NCBI GenBank assembly: GCA_951406725.2
Contig: OX597828.1
Coordinates: 52,886,001 to 52,950,000, forward strand
DNA length: 64,000 nt
Source of the DNA: Octopus vulgaris
Lineage: Eukaryota
Reading direction: 5' to 3'
Both the position numbers and the translations under genes were made by a program. Positions 26,263 to 39,394 of the stretch are shown here, one piece after another. Numbering within the stretch: position 1 is the stretch's first letter; each line of letters begins with the position of its first letter. The notes under the pieces were generated by a model that made no database searches, had not been told where the DNA came from, and saw only the letters and a list, made by a program, of their open reading frames with translations.

Positions 26263-27828
26263 CAGCAGACATAATCAAATAAATCCCAAGCTTAGTCATC
26301 TCATCTTTTTCTACTATATAAAACTACATTGTGTCTTCCACTTTGAAGAAGGGCTTTTCATTTGGTCTTCATGAAAGCAGCGCTTGGTTGTGTTCTGCAA
26401 GCAGAACATCACCATTTCCCTTCTTGTGAGGTGCTTTAGACAGCAAAGCCCTTAAATCTCTCTCATCTATTACAAGGGATTCTGCCCTGTGTCATTAGTT
26501 TTATGATCCTTTTTTTTATTTTTCGCAATCTCTTTCGAGTACTGCTTCGCTATGTCCCTGTTCTTTTCGAGGATTACTCACACTCTTCTCACTGTTTCAC
26601 ACGGTTCATAATGATCCGTTAAACTTGGCTCTAAGCTAAGTATTATTGCATTGACACAATAGAGGGGCCTATGCTTTAAGTACAAATATATGGACATTTG
26701 TAGAACGTACCATTCCGGTTTGTTTCTCCACCTCAACCTCAGATTTAGAATGTAAAGCGTCGGCATGAGATTCCTTGCGATATTTGTTCTATTTGCTCTA
26801 GTTCCTTGTATGTTAATTTCAAATCTAGCCATGGCTTGCTTAGATGGCAGATTTAACACTTCATCTGGTTCACGCTTTTCATTTTCTTCAATTTTGCTCC
26901 AATTGATTTCAAATTTGGTGTATTGACGTAGTTTTGTATGCTGATTATTAGCATGAAATTCATTTTCGTCATACGCTAATAAATAAACAGTCAATAGCTT
27001 TTAAAGATTGCAAATTTTGGGTAATTTTAGCCAGTCAAAAACCATAGATATATAGTTGCTTGTTTCCATAGAACAAGTCAACTTTGGGGAGTCCCACGTG
27101 TGTTTACAAACTGATATTTTACGCTGTTATTTTTTCCTGATTGTACCCATCTATTGTAGTTTTTGGATATTTTATGCTGCATTTTTGATACCCACCTCTT
27201 GAATGCTTAAAACTACAAATATGTGCTCTTTACTCATTTTTTTTGTGGTCATTTTCGCCTATTAAATACTTAAACTACGTGTTATCGTCGCGGTGCAGAC
27301 TTTTATGTTTTTGTCGCCTTACGATTGAAGTCAAGCTCAAAATGACAGCTTCCAAATCCTGTTTTCTGACTGGGTAAAATTTATCAAGAATTGAAAATTA
27401 GCGGTTCGGCAAAAGAAACCGATAGAATAAGTACTAGGCTTCCAAAGAATAAGTCCTGGGGGTCGATTTGCTCGACTAAAGGCGGTGCTCCAGCATGGCC
27501 GCAGTCAAATGACTGAAACAAGTAAAAGAGTAAAAGAGGTCTCCTGTATTTTGACGAAGAGACCTGAAGCAGATTGTGACGCTGTATTAGAAGAAGAAAA
27601 TGTGATAGTCACAGCTGGAAATATTTGTTCGTAAGTCCTCTTGGGTCAGAGCATATCTAGGGACTAACAACACAATAGTGGCTACAACAAAAACTTGCTT
27701 CCTCACCCTCCCGCTGTGGCTGCGCTGCTGCTGGTTCTGCTGCTTTCGTTGTTGTTTCGTTGTCTAGGCCAGCCTAGATTCAGCGGATACAAACTCAAAA
27801 AGATCACCAATTATTATCACCAATGTAT

Positions 27829-28147
27829 TTTATATCTAAAATAACATAACATGGTGTTTCCTGAACAGCGCAGGCGTACACAAGCACACTCATTTACGCG
27901 CGCACAGGAACCCACACAAATCCACACGCGCACACACATTATATATACCCTTTACTCTTTTACTCTTTTACTTGTTTCAGTCATTTGACTCTGGCCGTGC
28001 TGCAGCACCGCCTTTAGTCGATGTAGACATATTAAAAGAGGTTTATGCTCGATAATTTTTACACAAACCGCCATTCTTGTCCATTGTTTTTGCTTAGTTT
28101 TTTTTTTAAATATGGTTTTTGTGTGGCTTCCTTTGTTTTTCTGCAAG

Positions 28148-28199
<52 letters not shown>

Positions 28200-28835
28200 A
28201 TCTCTCTCTCTCTCTCTCTCTAAATACGAGCGATAATTATATATATTTTTCTGTGTTTTAATTTTGTAATTTTTAACATTCTTCCGTTTTATTGAAATTT
28301 AAATGTTAGTAGGTTGAAGAATCCCCATTCCGAAATGTCTTATGCTCAAAGTTGGTAAAAGACTGACAGGAAGGGGACAGCAATGCGTTATCAAACAGAA
28401 TATTTTAAGGTACTGACTGTGGAGCGGGGAATTGGAGAAAAATTGTTACAAGAGGCACGTTCTAACAGTTTTCTCTATTTTTTTTCTCCCTTCTCTCCTT
28501 CGCCCATATATGTATATATATGCATATGTATATATATGCATCTGTGTATGTATATGAATGTATATGTATATGTATATGTATTTTAGTTGAAACATTACAT
28601 TAGGAGATAAAGTGGAAACTACTTCAAAGAAAAAAACTTATCTTTATATCTAAAATAACATAACATGGTGTTTCCTGAAAAGCGCAGGCGTACACAAGCA
28701 CACTCGTTTACGCGCGCACAGGAACCCACACAAATCCACACGCGCACACACATTATATATACCCTTTACTCTTTTACTCTTTTACTTCTTTCAGTCATTT
28801 GACTATAGCCGTGCTGGAGCACCGCCTTTAGTCGA
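27829..28835 (+). repeat. 193-bp direct duplication flanking a 621-bp insert
   Basis: 27829-28021 and 28643-28835 are near-identical (unique flank plus SINE A tail). Confidence 0.9.
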
Positions 28836-28960
28836 GCAAATCGACCCCAGGACTTATACTTTGTAAGCCTAGTACTTATTCTATCAGTCTCTTTTGCCAA
28901 ACCGCAAAATTACGGGGATGTAAACACATCTGCATCAGTTGTCAAGCGATGTTGGGGGTA

Positions 28961-29026
<66 letters not shown>

Positions 29027-29269
29027 TATATATATATATAACTGGTACTTATTTTATCCCCACGACCCAGAAAGGATGAGTAGCAAAGTCGACTTCGGCA
29101 GCATTTGAACATAGAACTTAAAGACAAGCAAAATGTTTGGTGTCTTAAATAAAAAAAATTATGGGGAGGGAGCAAATCGATGACATCGACCCCTGTGCTT
29201 AACTGGTACTTATTTCATCGAAATCCGAAAGGATGAAAGGCAAAGCCGACCGCAGCGGATATAAAAGCT

Positions 29270-29674
29270 TGCAGAAACGTTAGCACAACGGGCAAAATGC
29301 TTACCGGTATTTCGTCTGTCTTTACGTTCTGAGTTCAAATTCCGCCGAGGTCGACTTTGCCTTTCATCCTTTCGGAGTCGATAAATTAAGTACCAGTTGC
29401 GCACTGGATCGATATAATCGACTTAATCCGTTTGTCTGTCCTTGTTTGTCGTCTCTGTGTTTAGCCCCTTGTGGGTAGTAAACAAATAGGTATTTCGGCT
29501 GCCGTTACGTTCTGAGTTCAAATTCTGCCAAGGTCGGCTTTGCCTTTCTTCCTTTCGGGGTCGATTAAATAGGTACCAGCTACGCACTGGGGTCGATATA
29601 ATTGACTTAATCCGTCTGTCTGTCCTTGTTTGTCCTCTCTGTGTTTAGCCCCTTGTGGGTAGTAAAGAAATAGG
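29270..29674 (+). mobile_element. SINE family B dimer
   Basis: Two tandem bodies joined at AAATAGG|TATTTCG. Confidence 0.9.
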
Positions 29675-30050
29675 ACATAAAGCTAGATTATAACTTCCGA
29701 GAAAAGGATGGCGATTGCTGGTTAATGCTGTCTTAACTTTGGACAGAAACAGGCAAATGATTGGATATTAAAACTGATTTGCACTCATGAAGGTAAGGGA
29801 AAGCTGCACTTATTGACGAAAAGTGAAATGTCATGCCATCAGGAAATATTTACGTTCTAAAATTCAAACAAAAACACAACAAAGGAACAAACGAAAAACT
29901 CACAGAAGACGGGAATCGCTCCTTCCTCGTCAGCTATCGTCCAAAAATCCCTTGCAATTTCGCGCTTTTAACGACATTATTCCCTTTTGGCAGCGTCAAC
30001 AGCAATAAACTGCTGGTAACAGAAAGCGAACGCCGAGGACAACGATTACA

Positions 30051-30159
<109 letters not shown>

Positions 30160-30512
30160 AATGTATATATATTTAAGCCATATTTGCAAAAACGTCGCTT
30201 GAATAAGTCTATCCAAGTGATTCGTGATGTAAAACTCCCTCTTTAGCAGTTAAGCACTTAAGACCATCAAATATAATCAGATGATCGAATTGTTTTGAAA
30301 AACGATGCCTCTGAGAGTGGGATTTTGTCTTGAAAGCAATCTTGTGAAAGAGACGATCGTGTTTCGCTCGTGCTGGTCGTATTTATCATTACACCTTAGA
30401 GGGAGTTTTTATCAAATGTTTGCTTGCATAACTTCACTTCAGTAAATTCAAATATGAGAAATGCTGTCTGTACAGCTATATATACATATACGTGTGTATG
30501 TGGTGTGGTGTG

Positions 30513-30591
<79 letters not shown>

Positions 30592-30871
30592 ACAGACAGA
30601 CAGACAGACAGAGAATGCCTCTGAGCTTCGGTTACACGTTTCTGCAAAGCTTCCGTAGTAAATCCAATTTTAAGGGTTAAGGTTCGTCCCTTTCCTTACC
30701 CACGTCATAAGCATCAAGGATCAGGTGACTTACTGAAACGGACATATCATTAAGAGGGTGTCCTTAAAATAACAACAACAACAACAGCAGCAGCAGCAAC
30801 AACAACACCGCTATATTACCGGCTACCGCTACCAACACCACAACAACAAACTGCACATACATATATTTACT

Positions 30872-30912
<41 letters not shown>

Positions 30913-31756
30913 ATACATACACGTACGCAAACAACACCATCGGTAGTACTAACACCACTACCCAACCATCACCACCACTACCACCACCACCACCACCACC
31001 ATTACCGCTACTACGACCACCAGAAGAAGCAGAACCCATATATTGATACAAATGATACCGCCACGTCTAAAATCAATGTCGCTGCCACACCAGCAATAGC
31101 GCTCCAAATACAGCCACCCCTTCGTCAACTAAGACCACGACCACGACCATCACTAATACTAATATTACTGGAATACATACGTACCCTACCACCATTACGC
31201 CCATAATCACTAAGCTACAATCAGTAGTAGTAGTAGTAGTAGTGGTGGTGGTGGTGGTGGTGGTGGTGTTAGCAGTAGTAGTAGTAGTAGTAGTAGTAGT
31301 AGTCGTAGTAGTAGTGGTGGTGGTGGTAGTCGTAGTAGTAGTAGTGGTGGTAGTAGTAGTGGTGGTAGTGGTAGTAGTAGTAGTACTACTACTACTACTA
31401 CTACGTTTCTGTTTGGCTGTCTCTCTGCGCCCCCTTCCGCGTCCAAGATATCCTATATCTATAGCTACAGTATCCAATCTGTTATATCTAAAACAATTCC
31501 ACTTATCAACATTTCACACATGTCTTAACGTATTACATCTTCCTAAACGAACAAACACAAACACACACACACACACACATAATGTTGTATGTGTCGGCGT
31601 GAGAAATGCGTGCATACGCATGCGTGTGTATATATGCGTGTGTGTATGTGTTTGCCCACATACACGCACAAACACAATATTGCATACTCAGTATTTAACA
31701 TTGAGATTATTTTCTCGTCTAATAATTAAGCCTTCATACACACACGCTCACACACA

Positions 31757-31791
<35 letters not shown>

Positions 31792-31908
31792 ATGTATGTT
31801 AGTCAAAGAATTCATTAGAATCTAGGCACATGAACAACTAGGATGCCAGAAATGGCTAGTTGCAACTAGCATTGGTTAAAGTGAGGTAAAACAACTTGTT
31901 CATAGCTC

Positions 31909-32006
31909 TTTAAAATTTTAGCTGAGGATGGTGGTTTATATGTTATGATGCAATCTATGAATACATCACTAAAATTGATACCGAAACAGCTGTCGTAAAT
32001 TTTAAA
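31909..32006 (+). ncRNA. Type I hammerhead-like motif with long stem II loop
   Basis: TTTAAAATTTTAG-CTGAGGA-TGGT...ACC-GAAA-CAGCTG-TC-GTAAATTTTAAA. Palindromic stem III, GUC triplet, AT-rich stem I with a G-G mismatch next to the core. Confidence 0.6.
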
Positions 32007-32029
32007 CCCCATTTGTGTTCGTTAGTGTG

Positions 32030-32230
32030 TTACTTGTTTCAGTCATTTGACTGTGGCCATGCTAGAGCACAACCTTTAGTCGAGCAAATCGACCCCAGGG
32101 CTTATTCCTTGTAAGCTTAGTACTTATTCTATCGGTCTCTTTTGCCGAACCGCTAAGTTACGGGGACGTAAACACACCAGCATCGGTTGTCAAGCGATGT
32201 TGGGGGGGACAAACACAGACACACAAACAT

Positions 32231-32261
<31 letters not shown>

Positions 32262-32640
32262 CATATATACTCATTACTCTTTTTACTCTTTTACTTGTTT
32301 CAGTCATTTGACTGCGGCCATGCTGGAGCACCGCCTTTAATCGAGCAACTCGACCCCGGGACTTATTCTTTTGTAAGCCCTGTACTTATTCGATCGGTCT
32401 CTTTTGCCGAACCACTAGGTAACGGGGACATAGACAAACCAGCATCGGTTGTCAAGCAATGCTAGGGGGACAAACACAGATACACAAACACACACACATA
32501 TATATATACATATATACGACGGGCTTCTTTCAGTTTCCGTCTACCTAATCCACTCACATGACTCTGGTCGGCACGAGGTTATATTAGAAGACACTTGCCC
32601 AAGGTGCCACACAGTGGGACTGAAACCGGAACCACATGCG
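32030..32640 (-). mobile_element. Two tandem SINE family A copies
   Basis: Body repeated at 32030-32230 and 32273-32640. Confidence 0.9.
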
Positions 32641-32938
32641 CCTATGTTATATTTGTTTCTGTGTCAATTCTGCTTGCAACATCAATTACATCAATTTACG
32701 CAAAAATTCGATGTGAAATTTTATGTAATATTCGGTGGTTTTAAACATTAAAGTAGCACTTTACCAGACTTGCATCAAAGGTGCGCCTTTACATTGTGAG
32801 TATTCCAGACATTGTTTCTTTTGCTTATGCCGCGATGAAACAAGAAGGTAAGGAGATGAATAATTAATACAAAGGACTTGCGAGAAGATGTCTATACATA
32901 TATACTATTACGGTGGCTATTCACAATGCGACGGGGTC

Positions 32939-32993
32939 ATGGGTCACTGATGAAGCTTAATCAAATCTGAAATCAGCGTTGATATGACACCAT
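32939..32993 (+). ncRNA. Type I hammerhead ribozyme-like motif with intact core
   Basis: ATGGGTCA-CTGATGA-AGCTTAATCAAATCT-GAAA-TCAGCGTTGA-TA-TGACACCAT. Stem I ATGG-GTCA/TGAC-A-CCAT, stem II closed by AG/CT, quasi-palindromic stem III, AUA triplet. Confidence 0.75.
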
Positions 32994-33139
32994 CTCGCTT
33001 GCCGTAGGGAGCTTGTTCCCCTTGTCTGACGTTAGAAAAGTGCACTCACGTGGCTAAAAGTTATTTAGTACCCTCCGTCACTTATGTGACGAATATACTT
33101 ATATATATGAATATCTGAGACCCACTGAATATCACGACA

Positions 33140-33457
33140 CTGACCATGGGATTGCACCTAGAAAGTTACCCTCCTAGGCACAAGCCCGAGCAAGGTTGTT
33201 TATCGAAGAACAGCAGTCGCCCATGCATACCAGCCTCCCCTCTCCACGCCACCGATGTTTTCCAAGGGAAAGGCAAAGGGGCCGATACAGCTTTGCTGCC
33301 TGTGACGTCACAACTCATTTCTACAGCTGAGTGAACTGGAGCAACGCGAAATAAAGTGTCTTGTTCAAGAACACAACACGCAGCCCGGTCCGGGATTCGA
33401 GCTGATAACCTCACGATCGTAAGCTCGACGTTCTAACCACTGAGCCATACGCCTTCA
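33140..33457 (-). mobile_element. SINE family C
   Basis: Reverse complement of the 10017-10345 family with tRNA-like head. Confidence 0.9.
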
Positions 33458-33469
33458 CTATATGAATAT

Positions 33470-33501
<32 letters not shown>

Positions 33502-34099
33502 AATAAACATATCACTGTTCTTCCTTGTTGCATGTTTCGTGACAGTACGATTCTGCGGTATTCTGCTAGATGTGGCTGCCCCAGACATTATGGTGATACT
33601 CTCAAATACATCAGTTCGCACGCATATATATATGTGTGTGTGTGTGTGTGTGTACATATATAAAGTCCTTTGCACACATACCCTTGTGAATCTGGGTGGT
33701 GTTGTGTAAAATTGGTACAAGCATTTGTTATAGTTAACTTGTTTGATAAAATCTTCCGTTTTTTTTTTCTTTTTCATATTCTGTCACCAAAACTACGCAG
33801 GTTCGAATTCCATTGAAGTATTTGTTCGCCTACCGGAAATGGTTATTTTATTATAATGCTCTATTTAGCTCTCTGACCTTCCGAAACTTGCCTGTGTTTC
33901 TATAGGATGACCTGGGCGTAGATGCATACACATGAATGACCAGCCAGAGAGGAATGTTGATGGGGGAAGATATGTTACATTCTCAAAGATACAATCTAAA
34001 AACAACGAAAGAAAAAAATAACGTAAAAAGATGTAAAATGGATCGCGCGCATTTGAGCACACGTACGCACACATAAACACGCACACACACACACAGTCA

Positions 34100-34131
<32 letters not shown>

Positions 34132-34499
34132 GTGTTTAGGTATGAATGTATGTGTGTATATATATGTGTGTGTGTGTGTGTGTGTATACTCTTTTACTTG
34201 CCTCACTCATTGAATTGCGACAGTGCTGGAGCACAACATTGACGGCTTTAGTCAAGTAAATGGACGCCAGTATTTATCTAATGCCGTGGCAAACTAAAGA
34301 GGCAACTCTTTTTTTTTTTACTAACTTATCTAGAAAATATGAAGGGCGACATAAGCCAGATCCAACGAGCTATCAGCAACCGTTTATGCAAAACACAAGC
34401 GACACACACCCACCACCAACTAGAGAATCACACACACACACAGCTCCATACAAAAACTACCCTCTTTGCTACCTCTGAACAGCATAAAACATATCACTG

Positions 34500-35730
34500 A
34501 GCTCTTAGAACAATGCAATCATCAAAGTAGCCTTACCTCGACATTCCTATTAAATGTACGTGGCAACAACCCATCATTCATTGCCCCCAAAACTGGAAGA
34601 TCCCATACATAGAGAGTTGGCTTGCCGAAACGACACATTGCATCCCTTTCTTTATCCTTACTGAAACTCACCTAAACAGCACACATATGGATGCCGAGAT
34701 GAAAATAAAAGATCTCACCATCCCCAATGCAGATCGCACATACCGAAATAAAGGGGTGGGGGGGCAGCCATTTTTCTCCATGACTTATTTTCAGTTGATG
34801 CCAAGGGCATATTTTCCAATAGCTATTGTGAATCTGTGTCACAATTCAACAAGGCCAAAGACATAATCATTGTTGGTCTTTACATACCTCCCCAAGCACC
34901 TCTAAAGTGATTTGAAGAGCGACTCAACAAAATCAAGTCCTTCCTTCCAAAATACAACTCCAGAGACAAACTAGTGATGGGTGATTTTAACCTCCCTCTT
35001 ATAAACTAGCCCACAAATACTCTGAAGTTAGGCAAATGCTCTAGATCAGACAAAGAAGCAACATAATTACCCTTTAATCTAATGGATAAATTCTTCCTGA
35101 CTCAGCTAGTGCAAGGCAGAATAAAATGATGAATACTACTGTCCCCTGTGGTCTCCCCATACAAAACAAAACATCTCGAAAATTCAATCACCCCAGAGGG
35201 TATTCACTAAACGAATTAAGGGCAGGACTGATCTCGATTAGTGGGACTGCCTAAGCGCCTTGAAACTCTACTCTCTCCAGCACCGCCGCGAGCAGTACAT
35301 CATTTGCACGATGTGGAGAATATCCCGCCAACATTGCCCAAACAACCTGAACATTAGCTTCAAAGTTCATCCAAGGCTGGGACCACAGGCAATACATGCC
35401 CTGCCCAATTCAGGATCACAACATATATGTACACTGCGACACAATTTCTTTTCCTCGACAGGCCCTGCCCTGTTTAATATTGTCCCGAAACTGATCAAAG
35501 AGGAAAAGGATCCCATCACCTTTAAACGGAGTTTGAACAAATTTCTTCAAGGAATACCGGATAAGCCACCCATACCTGGATACAACTCACCCAACAAGAA
35601 CTCACGACTTGAATGGACCATGATACCACAAAACTTGACTTTAAAAGGATTTAGATAACCCTATCAGGTGGTGCTATTAAGTTATACATGGCCAGGGCCA
35701 ATCTTTGGTCGAAACATATCTAAGATTATC
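34500..35730 (+). mobile_element. Internally deleted CR1-type LINE (APE endonuclease remnant joined to the ORF2 C-terminus)
   Basis: LLNVRG, ILTETHL and VMGDFNLP are APE motifs (34545-35000). 35130-35725 matches 11872-12470; the RT core is absent. Confidence 0.88.
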
Positions 35731-37225
35731 TATGTTTATTATTGGTGGTTATATATATATATATATAAACATACACACACACAGAGGATGGCGAGGAAGG
35801 GGAATTTGAGCACACACATATATTCTACTCCATCAACACTGTTCAATGTTTAAGACACACCCAAGTTTTAAACATTAGTTGTGTGAGTGACCTCGTTATC
35901 AAATCAGCAGTGTAATTTGAATAATGAGGATATTATTTGTAGCAGGTTGATCCTCAACATAAGGCATCCCCTTTTCGGTTCATCCTTCTTCTAACTCTAA
36001 CTGCTATTATTTAACCCCAGGTCAGTCCGACCCAGCAGAATTACGAATCAAACGTCCCGACTGCGACCAAGTTGCCGTTATTATTATTGTTATTATTATT
36101 AATCCTTCAGCATATAAAAGATATACCATCACCCCGCCACTAAAAACAAAAAAAGATGAGCACCCCTCTTTAAACAGATTCTAGTGTTGATGGATGATAG
36201 GAAATGAATGAATAGATATATGAAAAAAATAAAGTAATTGGGAAAAAAATTAAAACAAAATTTTGCTATTCAGTGGACGAATGAGTCTTTCTTCGTTCCA
36301 CATATCTACACGCTTGTAGTTTACCCATAACTTTTTGAAAAATATATTTACTTCGAAATGCAATTGTCTATGAGCTGTACTGTGAGGTACAAAGATAGCA
36401 ATATATTTGTTTCATCTTAATTAGAAAATAAAGCAACAAAATCTTAAATATAATGTTAACTGGATTTGAACCTTCGTTCTGTGTTTTATATCGAAGTTTA
36501 AATTCAATGATGGGAGAAAATGATTTCTTTTATAAATACACAAACAACTAAACTTTAATTGGAATCGAACTTCCTATCAATACCATGAACACCAATTAAT
36601 TCTATCCCTAAAGCATAAGAAGTTAAATGAAGATCGTAAAACGGACATGGGTAACATTTCAGTCTGCGGGATTAACGAAAGACTACCCGGCTGTTGATGT
36701 GCTACGTCTCGTGCGGCAAGCTTCACAAAGAGTTGTTGAGCTATGTGGAGGATTAAAAGAAAATTCGAGGCTTGTAAGTACTCAATACATAAATATATTT
36801 TTGTATATTAATTGGAAATTGTGATAAAGTTCAGGTTGGAAAATCTGAATAGCTCTCGAGGAAAGCAGCATCAGTGATACATATATATAGTCGTAGTTTT
36901 AGCTGTGTGGTAAGAAGTTTGCTTCTCAGCCACATGGTTCCGAGTTCAGTCCCACTGGGTGACACCTCGGCCAAGCGTCTACTACTGTAACCTCGGTCCG
37001 ACCAAAGTCTTCTGAATGGATTCGGTAGACGGAAACTAAACAAAAAAACCGTCGTATATATATATATATTTGTGTGTTTGTATTTGTTGCTTCAGCATGG
37101 CTGCAGTGTAATAACTAGAACAAGTAAAAGATATATATATATATTCTTTTATTCGTTTCAGTCACTCGACTGCGGCCATGCCTTTAGTTGAACTTATTCT
37201 TTGTAAGCCTAGTACTTATTTTGGA

Positions 37226-37759
37226 AAGACTTCCGCCCGTCCCCACTCCCACCATTTTCTCACAAATTTGTTTATTAAAATTTTTTTTTTTGCCAAAAAT
37301 CCCCGTTTTCGGATACGGAGGTTCCGTAAAATTGCCAAAAATCGGCATGGTGAAAAATCCACCCCACCCCTCATTCCCCCCAACTTCTTCAGTTTTGACT
37401 TTTTTTCCGCAATACTAACCCTAACCCTAAAACCGTAACCGTAAGTACAGAAATGGTTTGAAATTTTTGTCCGAATCCTGATGTCCGTATTTTTCCGCAT
37501 ATTTAGAAAGGAAGAAATTTTTAATAAAAATTTTACCAAGATTTTTGAAAATTTTTTTAAAGAATTATTTTCCCGCATATTTTGAGAAGAAAATATTTTG
37601 AGAAAAGTTTAAAATGAAGGAAATAGGGGTGGTGGGTGTTAATTTAGAAATGTCGATTTTTGCCAATTTTTTGGCAGATTCGTATTTCCTGTAGCCGAAA
37701 AGCAGGGTTTGTGTCAAAAAAAAAAGTTTTAAGGGTGGTTTGGGTGAGGTGGAAGTCTT
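37226..37759. mobile_element. Short-TIR non-autonomous element with (TAACCC) repeats, interrupting a SINE A copy
   Basis: Ends AAGACTTCC / GGAAGTCTT; CTAACCCTAACCCTAA at 37415-37430; SINE A sequence stops at 37220 and resumes at 37760. Confidence 0.7.
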
Positions 37760-37975
37760 GCTAATTTACGGGAACATAAATGCGCCAACATCGGTTGTCA
37801 AGCGATGGAGTGGGGGGAACACTGACACACAAACATATACACACACTGACACACATCTGTGTGTGCGTATATATATATATAAAGTTAATCCAAACAAAAA
37901 AACAAAAACAACAACGCAAGGACGTGGAACAAATAAAGTATTATTGGACGCTCATGAAAGAAGGGAAGAAGGAGG

Positions 37976-38010
37976 GTTTGACGTTTCGAGCGGAGCTCTT
38001 CGTCGGAAAC
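37976..38010 (-). ncRNA. Minimal hammerhead-like motif in a probable PLE terminal-repeat remnant (about 37880-38080)
   Basis: Minus strand GTTT-CCGACGA-A-GAGC-TCC-GCTC-GAAA-CG-TC-AAAC. U4C core variant, one-base insertion, ACGT palindrome, GUC triplet. Confidence 0.65.
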
Positions 38011-38257
38011 ATAGGAGAAGGAAAGATCCCGAGAAGGGAAGACAGGGTGGAAAAAATCGCTAGTGATACAGACGAGGTCATATATATATATATATATTTC
38101 TTTGGCTAAAACCCTTTAAGGTAGTGGTCCAGCGTGGCCGCAGTCAAATGGCTGATACGAGTAAAAGAAAGACTAAAAGAATATATACATATATATATAG
38201 TAGTACGTATGCACACACGTACACGCAATTACAGGCACCTTCATCAACGTACATATC

Positions 38258-38841
38258 TGTTTCTTTATTACCCACAAGGGGCTAAACACAGAGGGGTCAA
38301 ACAAGGACAGACAAACGGATTAAGTCGATTATATCGACCCCAGTGCGTAACTGGTACTTAATTTATCGACCCCGAAAGGATGAAAGGCAAAGTCGACATC
38401 GGCGGAATTTGAACTCAGAACGTAACGGCAGACGAAATACCTATTTCTTTACACCCACAAGGGGCTAAACACAGAGGGGACAAACAAGGACAGACAAACG
38501 GATTAAGTCGATTACATCTGGTACTTAACTTATCGACCCCGAAAGGATTAAAGGCAAAGTCGACCTCGGCGGAATTTGAACTCAAAACGTAGCGACGGGC
38601 GAAATACCTATTTCTTTATTACCCACAAGGGGCTAAACACAGAGGGGACAAACAAGGACAGACATAGGTATTAAGTCGGTTACATCGACCCCAGTGCGTA
38701 ACTGGTACTTAATTTATCGACCCGGAAAGGATGAAAGGCAAAGTTGACCTCGGCTGAATTTGAACTCAGAACGTAGCGACGGGCGAAATACCGCGAAGCA
38801 CTTCGCCCGGCGTGCTAACGTCTCTGCCAGCTCGCCGCCTT
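38258..38841 (-). mobile_element. SINE family B trimer with one 21-bp TSD
   Basis: Three tandem bodies and one complete head. ACCTTCA(T/C)CAACGTACATATC at 38237-38257 and 38842-38862. Confidence 0.93.
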
Positions 38842-38908
38842 ACCTTCACCAACGTACATATCAGCACCACCATCCAGTGTGTATGTATAAGCGATTACAT
38901 GTTGCAAA

Positions 38909-38941
<33 letters not shown>

Positions 38942-39394
38942 ATATAGCCATATTGTTACACGAAAGCGTCTGCCTGTGTTTAGAGACGGAATAACTGACA
39001 ACAGTAGAGCTTCCCTTTAAGACACCAGCTTCTTCTCTCTCACCTAACAGCAGTGATGGGTAAGTCGTAGTTGTAGTAGTAGTTGTGTGGTGTGTGTAAC
39101 ATGACTACTGCAAGTGATGGTTGTGGTGATAGTAGTAGTAGATCTGTGGTGGCTATACAATTGCTACCGCCTGTGATGGCTATAGTTGTCTGAGAGAACT
39201 GTGATAACAGCACAGCTTCCTTTTATGATAGCAGTACCTTGTTGTGATAGCTTGATTGGCGAGATGTGTTTGTTTGTGGTAGTAGTACCAGTGGTAGTGG
39301 TGATGCTTCTATCAGTTGTGGTTCTGGTGGTAGTGTCTATTGTGGTCGGTATAATGTGACGTGGTAGTATGGGCTGGACTGTAGTAGATGAATG

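Noticed and set aside
26578-26994. 138-aa ORF
   Set aside because: Its N-terminal part translates the non-coding repeat also found at 16915-17052; no recognisable domain.
37415-37430. Interstitial telomere or chromosome-fusion scar
   Set aside because: Only 2-3 units, and they lie inside a TIR element.
38258-38841. Regularly spaced repeats suggestive of a CRISPR array or satellite
   Set aside because: The units are whole SINE bodies of about 170-185 bp with no unique spacers, in a eukaryotic context with no cas genes.
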